A stretch of DNA of 64,000 nt from an uncultured Spirochaetota bacterium (lineage in GTDB: Bacteria; Spirochaetota; Spirochaetia; SZUA-6; Fen-1364). The translations under genes and the position numbers were made by a program. The DNA lies in the NCBI GenBank assembly GCA_963781885.1, contig CAWAHW010000007.1:384001-448000 (forward strand), read 5' to 3'. A model generated the notes under the pieces. That model did not search any database and was not told the origin of the DNA. It saw nothing but the letters and a program-made list of their open reading frames with translations. The first letter of the stretch is position 1, and each line of letters opens with the position of its first letter. Of the stretch, positions 9,158 to 19,251 are shown one piece after another.

Positions 9158-11320
9158 GTGAGGTCCCGGTCCCTGGGAATTGTATTCGTTGCCGCTGTCA
9201 TCGTGCCCAGCATCCTGCTGGCCGTGCTCGCCGTACGGTCCGCGGGCCGTGAGGAAGCCTTTATCGAGCGCCAGCTCGCCGCCGCCCTCGACGCGGACGT
9301 GACGCATACGGCCGCACTCGCACTCTCGGAGGTGGATGCCGTCACCAAAGAGCTTGCCGCGGGCGTCGACGTGCCGGCGGGCGCGGACTATGCACGCATC
9401 CTCACGGCATGGAAGAAGTCCCAGCCTCTCGTTTCCGTTCCCTTCCTGCTTTCGCCCGGGTACAGGATACTCTGGCCGTCTTCCGCCGCATCCCTGGACG
9501 CGGACCAGAAGCGCTTCCTTCAGGAAAACGGCGATTTTCTCAACGACAAGAACGCGACCACGGTGCTTCAGAACATAGCCGTCCGCTACCAGGCGGAGAT
9601 ACTCGCCGAAACGGCCCGCACCCAGGCGCCTGTCCCAGAGGTTTCCACCACGCGCGCCTCCGGAGCGGCCGCGGGCGAGGCGCCGCCTGCCGGCGTGGCG
9701 GAGCAGGACCTGGCTGTCGATCGCAGCGCACCGGCCACCGCGGGCGTCTCCGCTCCCGCTTCCGCTCAGAGCCCCGCACCGGGCGCCGCGCGCCAGGTCG
9801 CAATCGATGCATTTGCCCAGAGCGCCGACATCCAGAGCAAGGTGTACGCACTCGCGCGCGAGAATGGCGACACGGTGAGCCCGCGAAACGTGCAGCCGAC
9901 CGTGGAGGTTGCACAGGGCACGCCGGCCGCGCAGAGCCGGGACGTCGTTTCCGCGGCGCCCGCGGCTCCTGCCGATAACGAAGCCGGTACCGCACCGGAC
10001 GTCTTGAGGAAGGACACGGCCAAGGTCTCAGAAGCGCCGCAAGTGCCCGAGTCGTTGAATGCCCGGCTCGCCGCGAATGTGGAAAAGGCGCCCGCGGGGG
10101 TTCGCAAGGAGGCCGTGCAAACCGCTGCCCCGGCTTCTCAGTACGTCATCACGTCGCAACTCCTGAGCCAGATCGCCTCCACGACGGACCACGGTCTCAT
10201 CCCGCGCTTCATCGGGGAGAAGCTCGTCTTCCTTTTCTGGGAGCGCGAGAAGGACGGGAGGATTGCAGGCTGCCAGCTTGCGGGGGAAAGCTTCCGCGCC
10301 CGCATCCGCGGCATCCTTACCGCCACCTATACGCCGCAGCGCATCCTCACGCTGCTGGACGAGAACGGGGCGCCGCTCGCCTCGCCCCCGAACGTGACGG
10401 CGCTCGACTGGCATCGGCCCTTCGTTTCCGAACCTGTGGGCGAGAGTCTGCCCCGGTGGGAGGCCGCCGCCTGGCTCACGACGCCGCAGTCCATCACGGA
10501 CCAGGCGCGCACGTCGTCCATCGTCATCTGGATTCTCGTGGCGATCCTTTTCGTGTCTGTTGCCGGCGGCGGGACAATGGTGCTGTCTTCGGTTACCGCC
10601 GAGATGCGGCTGGCGCAGAAGAAGGCCACGTTCGTCACGAATGTCTCCCACGAGCTGAAGACGCCCCTCACCTCCATCAGCCTTTTCGTCGAGCTTCTGC
10701 GCGGGAAGCGGGCCGTCGCGCCGGCGAAACGGGAGCAGTATCTGTCGCTGATGGCCTCTGAAACGGAGCGCCTCACCCGGCTCATCAACAACGTGCTGGA
10801 CTTCTCCTCCCTGGACCGGGGAGCGAAGCGGTACGACCTGCGTGTAGTCGATGCCGCCGAGGTCGCGGAGGCCGTGGTGGAGAGTCAGAGGGTGCGGTTG
10901 GAGAGCCGCGGCTTCTCGGTGACATTCCTGTCGGGCGCTTCGGATCTGGCCGTGCGCGCGGACCCCGAAGCGCTCAAGCAGGTGCTCCTGAACCTGCTTG
11001 CGAACGCGGAGAAATATACGGCGGACCGCAGGGAGATAGGCGTGCACGTGGAGGCGGGTCGGGAAAGGGTCGTGCGCATGCACGTCTTTGACCGGGGCAT
11101 CGGGGTGGCCGAGAAGGATCGGGAGCGCATCTTTCGCGAGTTCTACCGGGTGAATGATTCGCTTGCAAGCGGCGTGCAGGGCACGGGGCTGGGACTGACC
11201 ATCGCGCGCAGGATCGCCCGTGACCTGGGCGGCGATGTCACCTGCGCGCCCCGTGATGGCGGTGGAAGCGATTTCATCGTATCCCTTCCCCCTGCGCAGG
11301 CTGCACAGGAGGACGCATGA
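9158..11320 (+). CDS. Membrane sensor histidine kinase
   Basis: Two TM segments, H-box VSHELKTPLTSI, N-box NLLANAEKY, G1 DRGIG, F-box IFREFYRV, G2 GTGLGL. Confidence 0.93.
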   Translation: MRSRSLGIVFVAAVIVPSILLAVLAVRSAGREEAFIERQLAAALDADVTHTAALALSEVDAVTKELAAGVDVPAGADYARILTAWKKSQPLVSVPFLLSPGYRILWPSSAASLDADQKRFLQENGDFLNDKNATTVLQNIAVRYQAEILAETARTQAPVPEVSTTRASGAAAGEAPPAGVAEQDLAVDRSAPATAGVSAPASAQSPAPGAARQVAIDAFAQSADIQSKVYALARENGDTVSPRNVQPTVEVAQGTPAAQSRDVVSAAPAAPADNEAGTAPDVLRKDTAKVSEAPQVPESLNARLAANVEKAPAGVRKEAVQTAAPASQYVITSQLLSQIASTTDHGLIPRFIGEKLVFLFWEREKDGRIAGCQLAGESFRARIRGILTATYTPQRILTLLDENGAPLASPPNVTALDWHRPFVSEPVGESLPRWEAAAWLTTPQSITDQARTSSIVIWILVAILFVSVAGGGTMVLSSVTAEMRLAQKKATFVTNVSHELKTPLTSISLFVELLRGKRAVAPAKREQYLSLMASETERLTRLINNVLDFSSLDRGAKRYDLRVVDAAEVAEAVVESQRVRLESRGFSVTFLSGASDLAVRADPEALKQVLLNLLANAEKYTADRREIGVHVEAGRERVVRMHVFDRGIGVAEKDRERIFREFYRVNDSLASGVQGTGLGLTIARRIARDLGGDVTCAPRDGGGSDFIVSLPPAQAAQEDA

Positions 11321-12015
11321 AGCAGCGGATACTCGTGGTGGAAGACGACCCGGCAATCCTGACGGGGCTCGTGGATCTGCTGGAAGGGGAGGGGTACGTC
11401 GTCATCCAGGCGGTGGACGGCAACGCGGCTCTTGCCCGTCATGGCGAGGGAGCGCCCGACCTCATCCTCCTGGACGTGATGATCCCCGGAAAAAGCGGCT
11501 ACGACGTCTGCCGTGAGATCAGGCGCAAGGACCCGGTCACGCCCGTCATCATGCTCACCGCCAAGGGTGAAGAGGTGGACCGGGTCGTGGGTCTTGAGCT
11601 GGGCGCCGACGACTACGTGGTGAAACCCTTCGGCGCGAGTGAGCTCATGGCGCGCATCCGGGCCGTGATGCGCCGCGGGCGGCCGAGAAAATCCAGCCGC
11701 GACGAAGCGCCGCTTTCCTTCGGGGACGTGACGGTGGATCCCCGCACCATGAAGGGGAAAAAGGCGGGCGCTGCCTTTGCCGTGAGCCGGCGGGAGCTTG
11801 CGCTGCTGCAGATCTTCGTCTCCCGCGAAGGGGAGGCCCTGGACAGATTCACGCTCATGGACGAGGTATGGGGCGTCCGCTATGAAGGCACGACGCGCAC
11901 CCTGGACCAGCACATCGCGGGGCTGCGCAAGAAGATTGAAGACGACCCGGCCGCACCGCGCTACATCACGACCGTGCACGGCACGGGGTATCGGTTCACG
12001 GCCAGCCCACCCTAG
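11317..12015 (+). CDS. OmpR-family response regulator
   Basis: ILVVEDD, LLDVMIP, MLTAK, GADDYVVKPF; winged helix RTLDQHI..LRKKIE...TVHGTGYRF; ATGA overlap with the kinase. Confidence 0.95.
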   Translation: MKQRILVVEDDPAILTGLVDLLEGEGYVVIQAVDGNAALARHGEGAPDLILLDVMIPGKSGYDVCREIRRKDPVTPVIMLTAKGEEVDRVVGLELGADDYVVKPFGASELMARIRAVMRRGRPRKSSRDEAPLSFGDVTVDPRTMKGKKAGAAFAVSRRELALLQIFVSREGEALDRFTLMDEVWGVRYEGTTRTLDQHIAGLRKKIEDDPAAPRYITTVHGTGYRFTASPP

Positions 12016-12190
12016 GCGCGCAGGAACGTCGCGCGGAGGCCTCGCGCGGCCAGCGCGATCTCAATCCCCCTTGGGTTTTTATTCCGCATTGACGGATGTA
12101 GTCATTTCTGACTACTTGTCGTACATCTGCCCCGGTGCCCATTGTTGAGACGCCGTTGCGGACGTGCGCGGAGCGCCGCCCCTGTTCCGT

Positions 12191-14653
12191 TCAGACCCCC
12201 CGCGCGTTTCTCCGCAGCATCTCAGGTGTTCCCTGCTCCGTTGTCGGTGAGTGCCCGTTCAGGGGCAGGACGCGCTCGTGGATGGTGTCGAGGATCCATT
12301 CCTTCTGGGGGAAGAATGCCTCTTCCATCTCCGCGCACGGCGTGATCCAGTTGCGGGCGCCCACGACTGCCACGGGCGCATCGAGTGAATCGAAGGCCAT
12401 CTGCGAGATATTCGATGCCATGGTATGGAGGAACGACCCGCGCTCGCACGCGTCTGAGGCAAGCACGCAGCGGCCGGTCTTGCGCACGGAGGCCAGGATC
12501 TTTTCATAGCGCAGCGGATTGATGAAGCGCGCGTCGATCACCTCGGCGGTGAGGCCGTACTTTGACGACAGCACGTCCGCCGCCTGCAGCGCCTTGTAGA
12601 GCGTGGCGCCGATCGTGACGATCGTGATGTCCTTGCCTTCGCGGCGAATTGCCGGCTCGCCTTCCTCCACCTCGTAGTAGCCCTCGGGAACGCCGCCGGG
12701 GACGAACTGCTCCCCGAGGTCGTAGACACGCTGGCTTTCCAGGAAGACGACCGGATCCGTGCCGCGCAGTGCAAGGTTCAGCATGCCCTTTGCGTCGTAG
12801 GGGGTCACGGGGAACATCACCTTGAGGCCGGGCAGGTGCGCCACGAGCGACGACCAATCCTGCGAATGCTGGGCACCGTACTTGCTGCCCACGGAGACGC
12901 GCAGGACGAGCGGCATCGAAAGCACGCCTGCCGACATCGCCTGCCATTTGCAGACCTGGTTGAACACCTCGTCGCCGGACCTGCCCAGGAAGTCGCAATA
13001 CATCAACTCGGGCACGACGCGGCCGCCGCACAGGGCATAGCCGACCGCGGCGCCGACGATGGCGCCTTCCGATATCGACGTGTTGAAGAGCCGATTGTAG
13101 GGCAGCGCCTCGGTGAGGCCGCGGTAGACAGAGAATGCGCCGCCCCAGTCCCGGTTCTCCTCGCCGAAGGCCACCATCGTGGGGTCGATGGAGAAGCGAT
13201 GGAGCATTGCTTCGAAGAGCGCATCGCGCAACGCGATGATCTGCGACTTGGGAAGCGGCTTGCCGTCGGGGCCGATGCCGGACCGCGACTTGCGCGCGTT
13301 TGCCAGCACCCGCGGGTTCTGCGCGACGGGAAGGAGCATCTCTGCGGGCCGATCGTCCATCTTTTCCACGTTGCCGTTGGAGAACATCAGGTCGCCGATG
13401 GTATCCGTGGCGAGGCGGATGCGCGGGGAGATCTGCAGGGAGACAGCAAGCTCCGTGATGCGCTTCATGCGCACCTCCGCGGCCTGACGGATTCCCGCCA
13501 GCTCGTCCGCGGTGGTGATCTTCGCCGTCACCAGATCATCGCCAAAGCTCTTGATGCAGTCCACGTCCTGCCAGAGCGCCACCTCCTCCTTCGTGCGGTA
13601 GGAGGACGCGTCGGACGGCGAATGCCCCGAGTACCGGTAGGTGACGATGTCCAGCAGCACCGGGCCGCGGCCTTCCAGAAGGATCTTGCGTTTGCGCTCG
13701 ATCGCGTCAGAGACCGCGAGCGGGTTGTACCCGTCAACGCGCTCGGCGTGCATCTGGTCAGGGTTCACACCCGCGCCGATGCGCGCGAGCACCCTGAAGC
13801 CCATGGTCTCTCCCATGGTCTGGCCGCCCATCCCATAGAAGTTGTTGAAGAAGCTGAAGATGATCGGGGGCGCGCCGCCGCACTCCTTCGGCCACAGCGT
13901 CCGGTACTGGTCCATGGCCGCGATCATCATCGCTTCCCAAACCGGGCCGCACGCGGAGGAGCCGTCGCCGATATTGGCCATGACGATGCCGGGCTTGCGG
14001 TTGATGCGCTTGTACAGCGCCGCACCCACGGCGATGTCCGCCGACCCGCCCACGATCGCATTGTTCGGCATGCTGCCGAACGGTGCGAAAAACGCGTGCA
14101 TGGAGCCGCCCATGCCCTTGTTGAAGCCGTTCTCGCGGCCGAAGATTTCCGCCAGGACGCCGTAGAGAATAAAGTCGACTGCAAGGTCGGCCGGAGAGCC
14201 ACCGGCGCCCTTCTCCACGACATGCAACAGCGCGCCGTTGAAATAGTCCTTCATGATGGAAGAAACCTGCTCCGCCGGCAGGCGCGCGGCAGCGGAAAGA
14301 CACTTGGCAATGATCTCGCCGTGGCTGCGGTGCGACCCGAAGACAAAGTCGTCGATGCCCAGCCGCATGCACTGGCCGACCACGGTGGATTCCTGGCCGA
14401 TGGACAGGTGCGCGGGCCCGAGGTGATCGTAGGCAATGCCCTGGTAGGCGCCCTTAGTCTTCACGAGGTTGAGCATGGTCTCGAACTCGCGGATGAGGAC
14501 CATGTCCCGATAGGCGCGCACGAGCGCTTCCTTCCCATGCACCTTGAGCTCCCGCTTCATGTCGGGGGCATAGGCGTTCAGCGGAATGTCCGTGAAGGAC
14601 AAACTGCCCGGTTTTCTGTTCTCGCGCGGGTCTATGACGATTGATTTCGGCAT
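12191..14653 (-). CDS. 2-oxoacid/acetoin dehydrogenase E1, fused alpha-beta, TPP-dependent
   Basis: [25 protein letters not shown] motif GDG...NN, YRYSGHS; beta part FNTSISE, YGAQHSQ, EVIDAR. Confidence 0.9.
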   Translation of the reverse strand: MPKSIVIDPRENRKPGSLSFTDIPLNAYAPDMKRELKVHGKEALVRAYRDMVLIREFETMLNLVKTKGAYQGIAYDHLGPAHLSIGQESTVVGQCMRLGIDDFVFGSHRSHGEIIAKCLSAAARLPAEQVSSIMKDYFNGALLHVVEKGAGGSPADLAVDFILYGVLAEIFGRENGFNKGMGGSMHAFFAPFGSMPNNAIVGGSADIAVGAALYKRINRKPGIVMANIGDGSSACGPVWEAMMIAAMDQYRTLWPKECGGAPPIIFSFFNNFYGMGGQTMGETMGFRVLARIGAGVNPDQMHAERVDGYNPLAVSDAIERKRKILLEGRGPVLLDIVTYRYSGHSPSDASSYRTKEEVALWQDVDCIKSFGDDLVTAKITTADELAGIRQAAEVRMKRITELAVSLQISPRIRLATDTIGDLMFSNGNVEKMDDRPAEMLLPVAQNPRVLANARKSRSGIGPDGKPLPKSQIIALRDALFEAMLHRFSIDPTMVAFGEENRDWGGAFSVYRGLTEALPYNRLFNTSISEGAIVGAAVGYALCGGRVVPELMYCDFLGRSGDEVFNQVCKWQAMSAGVLSMPLVLRVSVGSKYGAQHSQDWSSLVAHLPGLKVMFPVTPYDAKGMLNLALRGTDPVVFLESQRVYDLGEQFVPGGVPEGYYEVEEGEPAIRREGKDITIVTIGATLYKALQAADVLSSKYGLTAEVIDARFINPLRYEKILASVRKTGRCVLASDACERGSFLHTMASNISQMAFDSLDAPVAVVGARNWITPCAEMEEAFFPQKEWILDTIHERVLPLNGHSPTTEQGTPEMLRRNARGV

Positions 14654-14688
14654 GTCTATACTCTCCGATCTGCGGGTAAACGATGACT

Positions 14689-15927
14689 CTATCGGGCCAG
14701 GAGCAGGTCGAAGCCTGCGATATCGGCAGACAGGGTCTGCAGGAATCGCGCCCCGGGGCGCCGTCCACCACCTGGTGGTTGATTGTAAGCGAAAGCCCGA
14801 TCTGGGGCACGAAGCTCACGCTGCCGTCCGCGGCAAGTCGCCGGTCCCGGCACGATGGCGCACACGCCGAGGATGGCCACCTGCGGCGCGTTGAGCACGG
14901 GCGTGAAGCTTTGCACGCCGAATGCCCCGAGGTTGGTGAGCGTGAAGGTGCCTCCCGACAGCTCGTCCGGCGTGATGCCGCCGTTGCGGCATCCGTCGAT
15001 GAGCCGCGTGGCCTCGCGTGCGATGTCCCGCAGGCTGCGGGTATCGGCGTTCCTGATCACCGGCACCATGAGGCCTTTCTGCGTGTCCACGGCGAATCCA
15101 AGGTGCACGGAGGCATACTGCTTCAGGGTGTCGCCGACATACAGCGCGTTGACCTCGGGGTGGCGCGCCGCCGCGCGCGCTGCGGCGAAGAGCATCATGT
15201 CGTTGATCGTGATGGCGCGCAGACCCATGGACTCGGGGCTCGTCTTGAATCGCGCCCGCAGCGCCTGGAGCGCGCGGGCGTCCGCTGCCACGTTGAGCGT
15301 GAGCTGCGCCGTGCTCTGGAGCGAGGCGATCATGCGGTCCGAGATGAGCTTGCGAATGCCGGAGACCTTCACCTCCCGCACGTCGCCGGGAGCGAATGCC
15401 GCGGGTGCTGCGGCGGGCGCGGCCCTCCCGGCCGGCGCGCCTGCAACGTCGCGTTCGATGATGCGTCCGCCAGGGCCCGTGCCTTTCAGGCCGTCCAGGG
15501 CCACGCCGCGGGCCGCCGCAAGCGCTCTTGCGCGCGGGGAGGCCATGATCTTGCCGGAAGGGGTGCGCGGCGCAGGGCCGGTTTCGCGCGCCCCGGAAGC
15601 CGGCGCCGGAGCGGCAGGAGCTTGTGCTGTCGTGACAGGGGCCGACGGCGCACCAGGAGCGGCGCCGCGCAGCGACTCGAACGACTCGCCCGGACTTCCT
15701 ATCGCGGCAATAGGAGCAAGGACCGGAACGTCAGCTCCTGCCTCGTGGAATATCCCCAGGAGCGTGCCCGACGCCGGGGACTCCACTTCGAATGTCGCCT
15801 TGTCGGTCTCCACCTCGCAGATGACTTCACCGGTCTTCACCGTGTCACCCGGCCGCTTTTTCCACCCCACGATGATGCACGATTCGACTGACTGACCCTG
15901 TTTGGGCATGATGACAACGCTTGCCAT
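14689..15927 (-). CDS. Dihydrolipoamide acyltransferase E2 (two compensating frameshifts near the C-terminus)
   Basis: Lipoyl domain [11 protein letters not shown]3-binding ASPRAR...GTGPGGRI, catalytic [10 protein letters not shown]; the [14 protein letters not shown] segment lies in another frame (about 14757-14835). Confidence 0.9.
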   Translation of the reverse strand: MASVVIMPKQGQSVESCIIVGWKKRPGDTVKTGEVICEVETDKATFEVESPASGTLLGIFHEAGADVPVLAPIAAIGSPGESFESLRGAAPGAPSAPVTTAQAPAAPAPASGARETGPAPRTPSGKIMASPRARALAAARGVALDGLKGTGPGGRIIERDVAGAPAGRAAPAAAPAAFAPGDVREVKVSGIRKLISDRMIASLQSTAQLTLNVAADARALQALRARFKTSPESMGLRAITINDMMLFAAARAAARHPEVNALYVGDTLKQYASVHLGFAVDTQKGLMVPVIRNADTRSLRDIAREATRLIDGCRNGGITPDELSGGTFTLTNLGAFGVQSFTPVLNAPQVAILGVCAIVPGPATCRGRQRELRAPDRAFAYNQPPGGGRRPGARFLQTLSADIAGFDLLLAR

Positions 15928-15936
15928 GACGAAATC

Positions 15937-15965
15937 ACAATAGGTTTGCCCACCCTGAATGTCAA
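15937..15965 (-). promoter_or_regulatory. sigma70 promoter of the E2-E1 operon, near-leaderless
   Basis: TTGACA-17bp-TATTGT, 9 nt before ATG 15927. Confidence 0.65.
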
Positions 15966-16166
15966 TACAAGCCGCAGCATTGAAAAGGCGCAAAGATCGC
16001 GCTGCTCAGAGGCTGCTTCATTTTTGGAGGAGGCTTCGCCAATGATGGGAGCCTGTCGGCGCCCGGGGCTTTTTTTGCCCCGGTGGCTCCCACGGTCTTC
16101 CTGTCCCCGCTCAACTCTTGACCCCGAAAAGACGAACATGGTACTGTACACACTCCGACAGGACAG

Positions 16167-16484
16167 GTGACGATGGCCGAAAGCCGCGATCTGCAATCGC
16201 TCGACGACGATTTCTCACCAGACAAGATCTATTGCGCGAACTGCATCCACTGCAAGCTCGTGAAGCACGCTACCGGCAGCGCCTCCCAGTACCAGCTGCG
16301 CGTACGCTGCGATGCGGGCAAGTGGAAAAAGAAGCTCGGCGAGGAAAAGATCTACAAGTACTTCACGGTGATTCGCCGGACGCTGGACTCCTGCGACGCA
16401 TATGAGCCCATGGGTGACGTCGAGCTTTTCCTGAAGGAGCTGCGGAAAAACCTCCCCATCCGGGACGAGCTCTATTCGATCTGA
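16167..16484 (+). CDS. Small Cys-rich hypothetical protein (metal-binding?)
   Basis: CxxCxxC (YCANCIHCK) plus two further Cys; promoter TTGACC-18-TACTGT at 16118-16147; typical codon usage. Confidence 0.75.
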   Translation: MTMAESRDLQSLDDDFSPDKIYCANCIHCKLVKHATGSASQYQLRVRCDAGKWKKKLGEEKIYKYFTVIRRTLDSCDAYEPMGDVELFLKELRKNLPIRDELYSI

Positions 16485-16498
16485 CGGAACGAGAGATC

Positions 16499-16906
16499 AT
16501 GAAGAAGAAGATGATTTTCATGCTGTGCGTCGCGGGGGCAGCGGCCGTCCTCCTTCTCAGTGGATGCGTGTCGAAGCCGCCGGTCATCCCCGACAATCTC
16601 TCCGTGACCGAGATCTTCCAGCGGGCGCAGGACGCGGAGGACAAGAACGACTACTCCCTGGCCATCACGTACTACGAGCTCACCGCGAAGAGCTACCCCA
16701 CTGACGTCAACCATATCACCTGGGCGTCCTACGAGATCGCGTTCCTCTATCACAAGATGGGGAAGAACGACACCGCCCTCTCACTCATCAATGACCTGCT
16801 GGGCCGCTACGCCGCCGATCAGGGCAACACCCTTCCCGCCGCGCCGCGCGTGCTGGCGGAGAAGCTGAAGACCCGTCTGGAAGCATTGATCCCCAAGAAA
16901 CCGTGA
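16499..16906 (+). CDS. TPR-like lipoprotein
   Basis: Lipobox LLSG-C; TPR-like helices (EIFQRAQDA...A..YY; WASYEIAFLYHK.G). Confidence 0.8.
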   Translation: MKKKMIFMLCVAGAAAVLLLSGCVSKPPVIPDNLSVTEIFQRAQDAEDKNDYSLAITYYELTAKSYPTDVNHITWASYEIAFLYHKMGKNDTALSLINDLLGRYAADQGNTLPAAPRVLAEKLKTRLEALIPKKP

Positions 16907-17463
16907 CGCAGTATCGGTTCTGTCCCGTCTGCGGCGGCCGCCTGGATAGAGAACACCAGGCGGTGCCGGGACTGAGCATGCTCGCGTGCACGTCGTGCCG
17001 CTTCGAGTTCTGGCAGAACTCGAAGCCCGCGGTCGGCGCATTTATCGTGCGGTCAATCGACGGAAAGCCCGCCGTCCTCCTGACGCGACGCGGCATCGAC
17101 CCCTACAAGGGAATGTGGGACACGCCGGGCGGATACCTGGAAAACGGCGAGCACCCCGAGGCGGGACTTGCGCGCGAGCTGCGGGAAGAGCTGGGCGCGG
17201 CGATTGCCCGCCCGCGCCTGCTCACCATCGCCATCGAAGAGTACCCCCGGGAGGACGTTGCGGAAGAGGCGCGCTTCGTGTTTTCGCTTTACTATCGATG
17301 CGACATCGTCGGCGACGGGCCGCTCGTGCCTGCCGACGACGTCGTGGAGGCTGCCTGGTTTCCGCTTCACGTCACCCTGCCGCGGATTGCTTTTCCCGGC
17401 GCGGCGCGCGCCTTCGAGGACCTGGTGCGCTCCATCAAGAACCCGGGAGACCCCTCAGGCTGA
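16903..17463 (+). CDS. NUDIX hydrolase with N-terminal zinc ribbon
   Basis: FCPVCG...CTSC; Nudix box GGYLENGEHPEAGLARELREELG. Confidence 0.9.
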   Translation: MTQYRFCPVCGGRLDREHQAVPGLSMLACTSCRFEFWQNSKPAVGAFIVRSIDGKPAVLLTRRGIDPYKGMWDTPGGYLENGEHPEAGLARELREELGAAIARPRLLTIAIEEYPREDVAEEARFVFSLYYRCDIVGDGPLVPADDVVEAAWFPLHVTLPRIAFPGAARAFEDLVRSIKNPGDPSG

Positions 17464-18093
17464 TTCGACCGGATCCCTGCCCACGGACTCCGCGAGCGCG
17501 GCGAACTTCTCCTTGTCGGCAAGCTGCAGCATCTCACCGTCGCGGCCGAGCACGCCTTCGGCAACGAGCGCATCGAGCACCTTTTGCACCTCTTCCATCG
17601 GCAGCTCGAGGCTGAAAGAGACCTCCTCGACGCATTTTTCGCGCGCGACAATCTGTCGGTCGGCGGGCAGCTCCTGGAAGAGCGAGCGCAGGTGCAGCAC
17701 GATGAGGCCGCGCGCGTCCTTTTTCACGAGGTGCTGGATCTTGAGATGGGCGGTCTGGAGCCTCCGGCAGAGCTTGTCGATGATCGTGAGGGCGATGCGG
17801 ACATTGCGGGCGATCATGTTCTGCAGGCCGTCGCGGTCGAAGACGAGCAGCTCCACCTCATCGACCGCCGTCACGGTGGCCGTGCGCTGAATGCGGTTGA
17901 CGATCGCCATCTCGCCGAAAAAGTCGCCTTTTTCCAGTATGGAGATCACGTGCGTCTTGCCGGCGAACCTCTTGCTGACCCGGACCTTGCCCTTCTGGAT
18001 GATGTACATCTCCACGCCGTCCTCGCCTTCGCGGCAGATGACCGCTCCGGGGGCGTAGGTTCGGCTGAATCGCTGCAGGAGCTCGTCTGGCAT
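17455..18093 (-). CDS. Crp/Fnr-family cyclic-nucleotide-binding protein
   Basis: cNMP motifs EG.....MYIIQKGKVRV and GDFFGEMA....RTATVTA; C-terminal winged-helix-like region. Confidence 0.85.
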   Translation of the reverse strand: MPDELLQRFSRTYAPGAVICREGEDGVEMYIIQKGKVRVSKRFAGKTHVISILEKGDFFGEMAIVNRIQRTATVTAVDEVELLVFDRDGLQNMIARNVRIALTIIDKLCRRLQTAHLKIQHLVKKDARGLIVLHLRSLFQELPADRQIVAREKCVEEVSFSLELPMEEVQKVLDALVAEGVLGRDGEMLQLADKEKFAALAESVGRDPVESA

Positions 18094-18222
18094 TTGCTCA
18101 CCATCGTAATGCAAAGGCGGGCGTCATGCAAAGGCAGGCCGCCGGAAAGCGGGAAGGTGGAATCGCCCGCACCGGATTCAAGCGGCCCGGCCCTTGCGCC
18201 CGTATGGAACGGCGGAGGGCAT

Positions 18223-19251
18223 ATGAAAGCTTTCGGCCGGCTCCCGGCGCTTCTCTTCGCCTCCCTCTGTGCTTCCTGCGGTCCCGTGGCGGACCCACGC
18301 TCGGCGGACGTGGACCTCTCGCCGCCGCAGCTCGAGTCGGTGCGGACCGTCGGTCCGCAGGAGATCAGCATCCAGTTTAATGAGGACGCGGGGTTGCGCG
18401 CGGGGAAAACGCGCATCACGCCGGATCTCGCCATCGCGGAGACAACCGGTCCGGGCAGGACCGTGGAGCTCCACGCGGAGGCGCAGGCGCCCGGCCGTCT
18501 CTATACCCTGGAGGCGGAAGCGCAGGATGCCCGCGGCAATTCGGCGTCCTTCATCGCCCAGTTCTACGGATTCAACGGCCGCGTGCCGCGCCTCCTCATC
18601 AATGAGCTCACGCCGCGCGGCTCGGGCAATCACCCGGACCTCGTGGAGCTGAAGGTGATGACGGACGGGGACATGGGGGGAGTGGCGCTCTATCTGGGCA
18701 CGCCGGGCAGCTTTGACGCGCGTCTTGTCTTTCCCGCCTTCGGTGTGACCGCGGGAAGCTTCGTCCTCGTCCACCTCAAGCCTTCCGGCAGCCCGGATGA
18801 GGTGAATGAGACGCGCGACAGGAAAGCATCGAAAGGCTTCGACGCCTCGGATACCGCGTACGATTTCTGGCTGCCGGACGGCACTGGCATCAGCGGCACA
18901 AACGGCGTTCTCTCCCTGTACGACCGACCCGGGGGCGCGTGCCTCGACGCGGTGCTCTACAGCAACCGCACGTCCCAGTCGGATGAGAGCTACCGGGGAT
19001 TCGGCTCGGCGGACATGGAGGCGCGGGCTGAAGAGATCGTCGGCGCGGGGGGCTGGAAGGCAGCCGGTCCGCGGGTCACGCCGGAAGACGCGGTATCGCC
19101 GGAAGGTTCCACCGCAACGCGTTCCCTCTGCAGGTCTTCACGCTCCGCGGACACGAACCAGGCGCAGGACTGGCACATCGTTCCCACGCGCAAGGCCACC
19201 TTTGGAGCGGAGAACTCAGACGAGATCTACCAGAAGCAGCAGGGCCCCTAG
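18223..19251 (+). CDS. Lipoprotein with Ig-like and lamin-tail-like domains
   Basis: Lipobox LCAS-C; LTD-like LLINEL...DLVELK...FP...V.AG.FVLVH; SD GGAGG. Confidence 0.65.
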   Translation: MKAFGRLPALLFASLCASCGPVADPRSADVDLSPPQLESVRTVGPQEISIQFNEDAGLRAGKTRITPDLAIAETTGPGRTVELHAEAQAPGRLYTLEAEAQDARGNSASFIAQFYGFNGRVPRLLINELTPRGSGNHPDLVELKVMTDGDMGGVALYLGTPGSFDARLVFPAFGVTAGSFVLVHLKPSGSPDEVNETRDRKASKGFDASDTAYDFWLPDGTGISGTNGVLSLYDRPGGACLDAVLYSNRTSQSDESYRGFGSADMEARAEEIVGAGGWKAAGPRVTPEDAVSPEGSTATRSLCRSSRSADTNQAQDWHIVPTRKATFGAENSDEIYQKQQGP

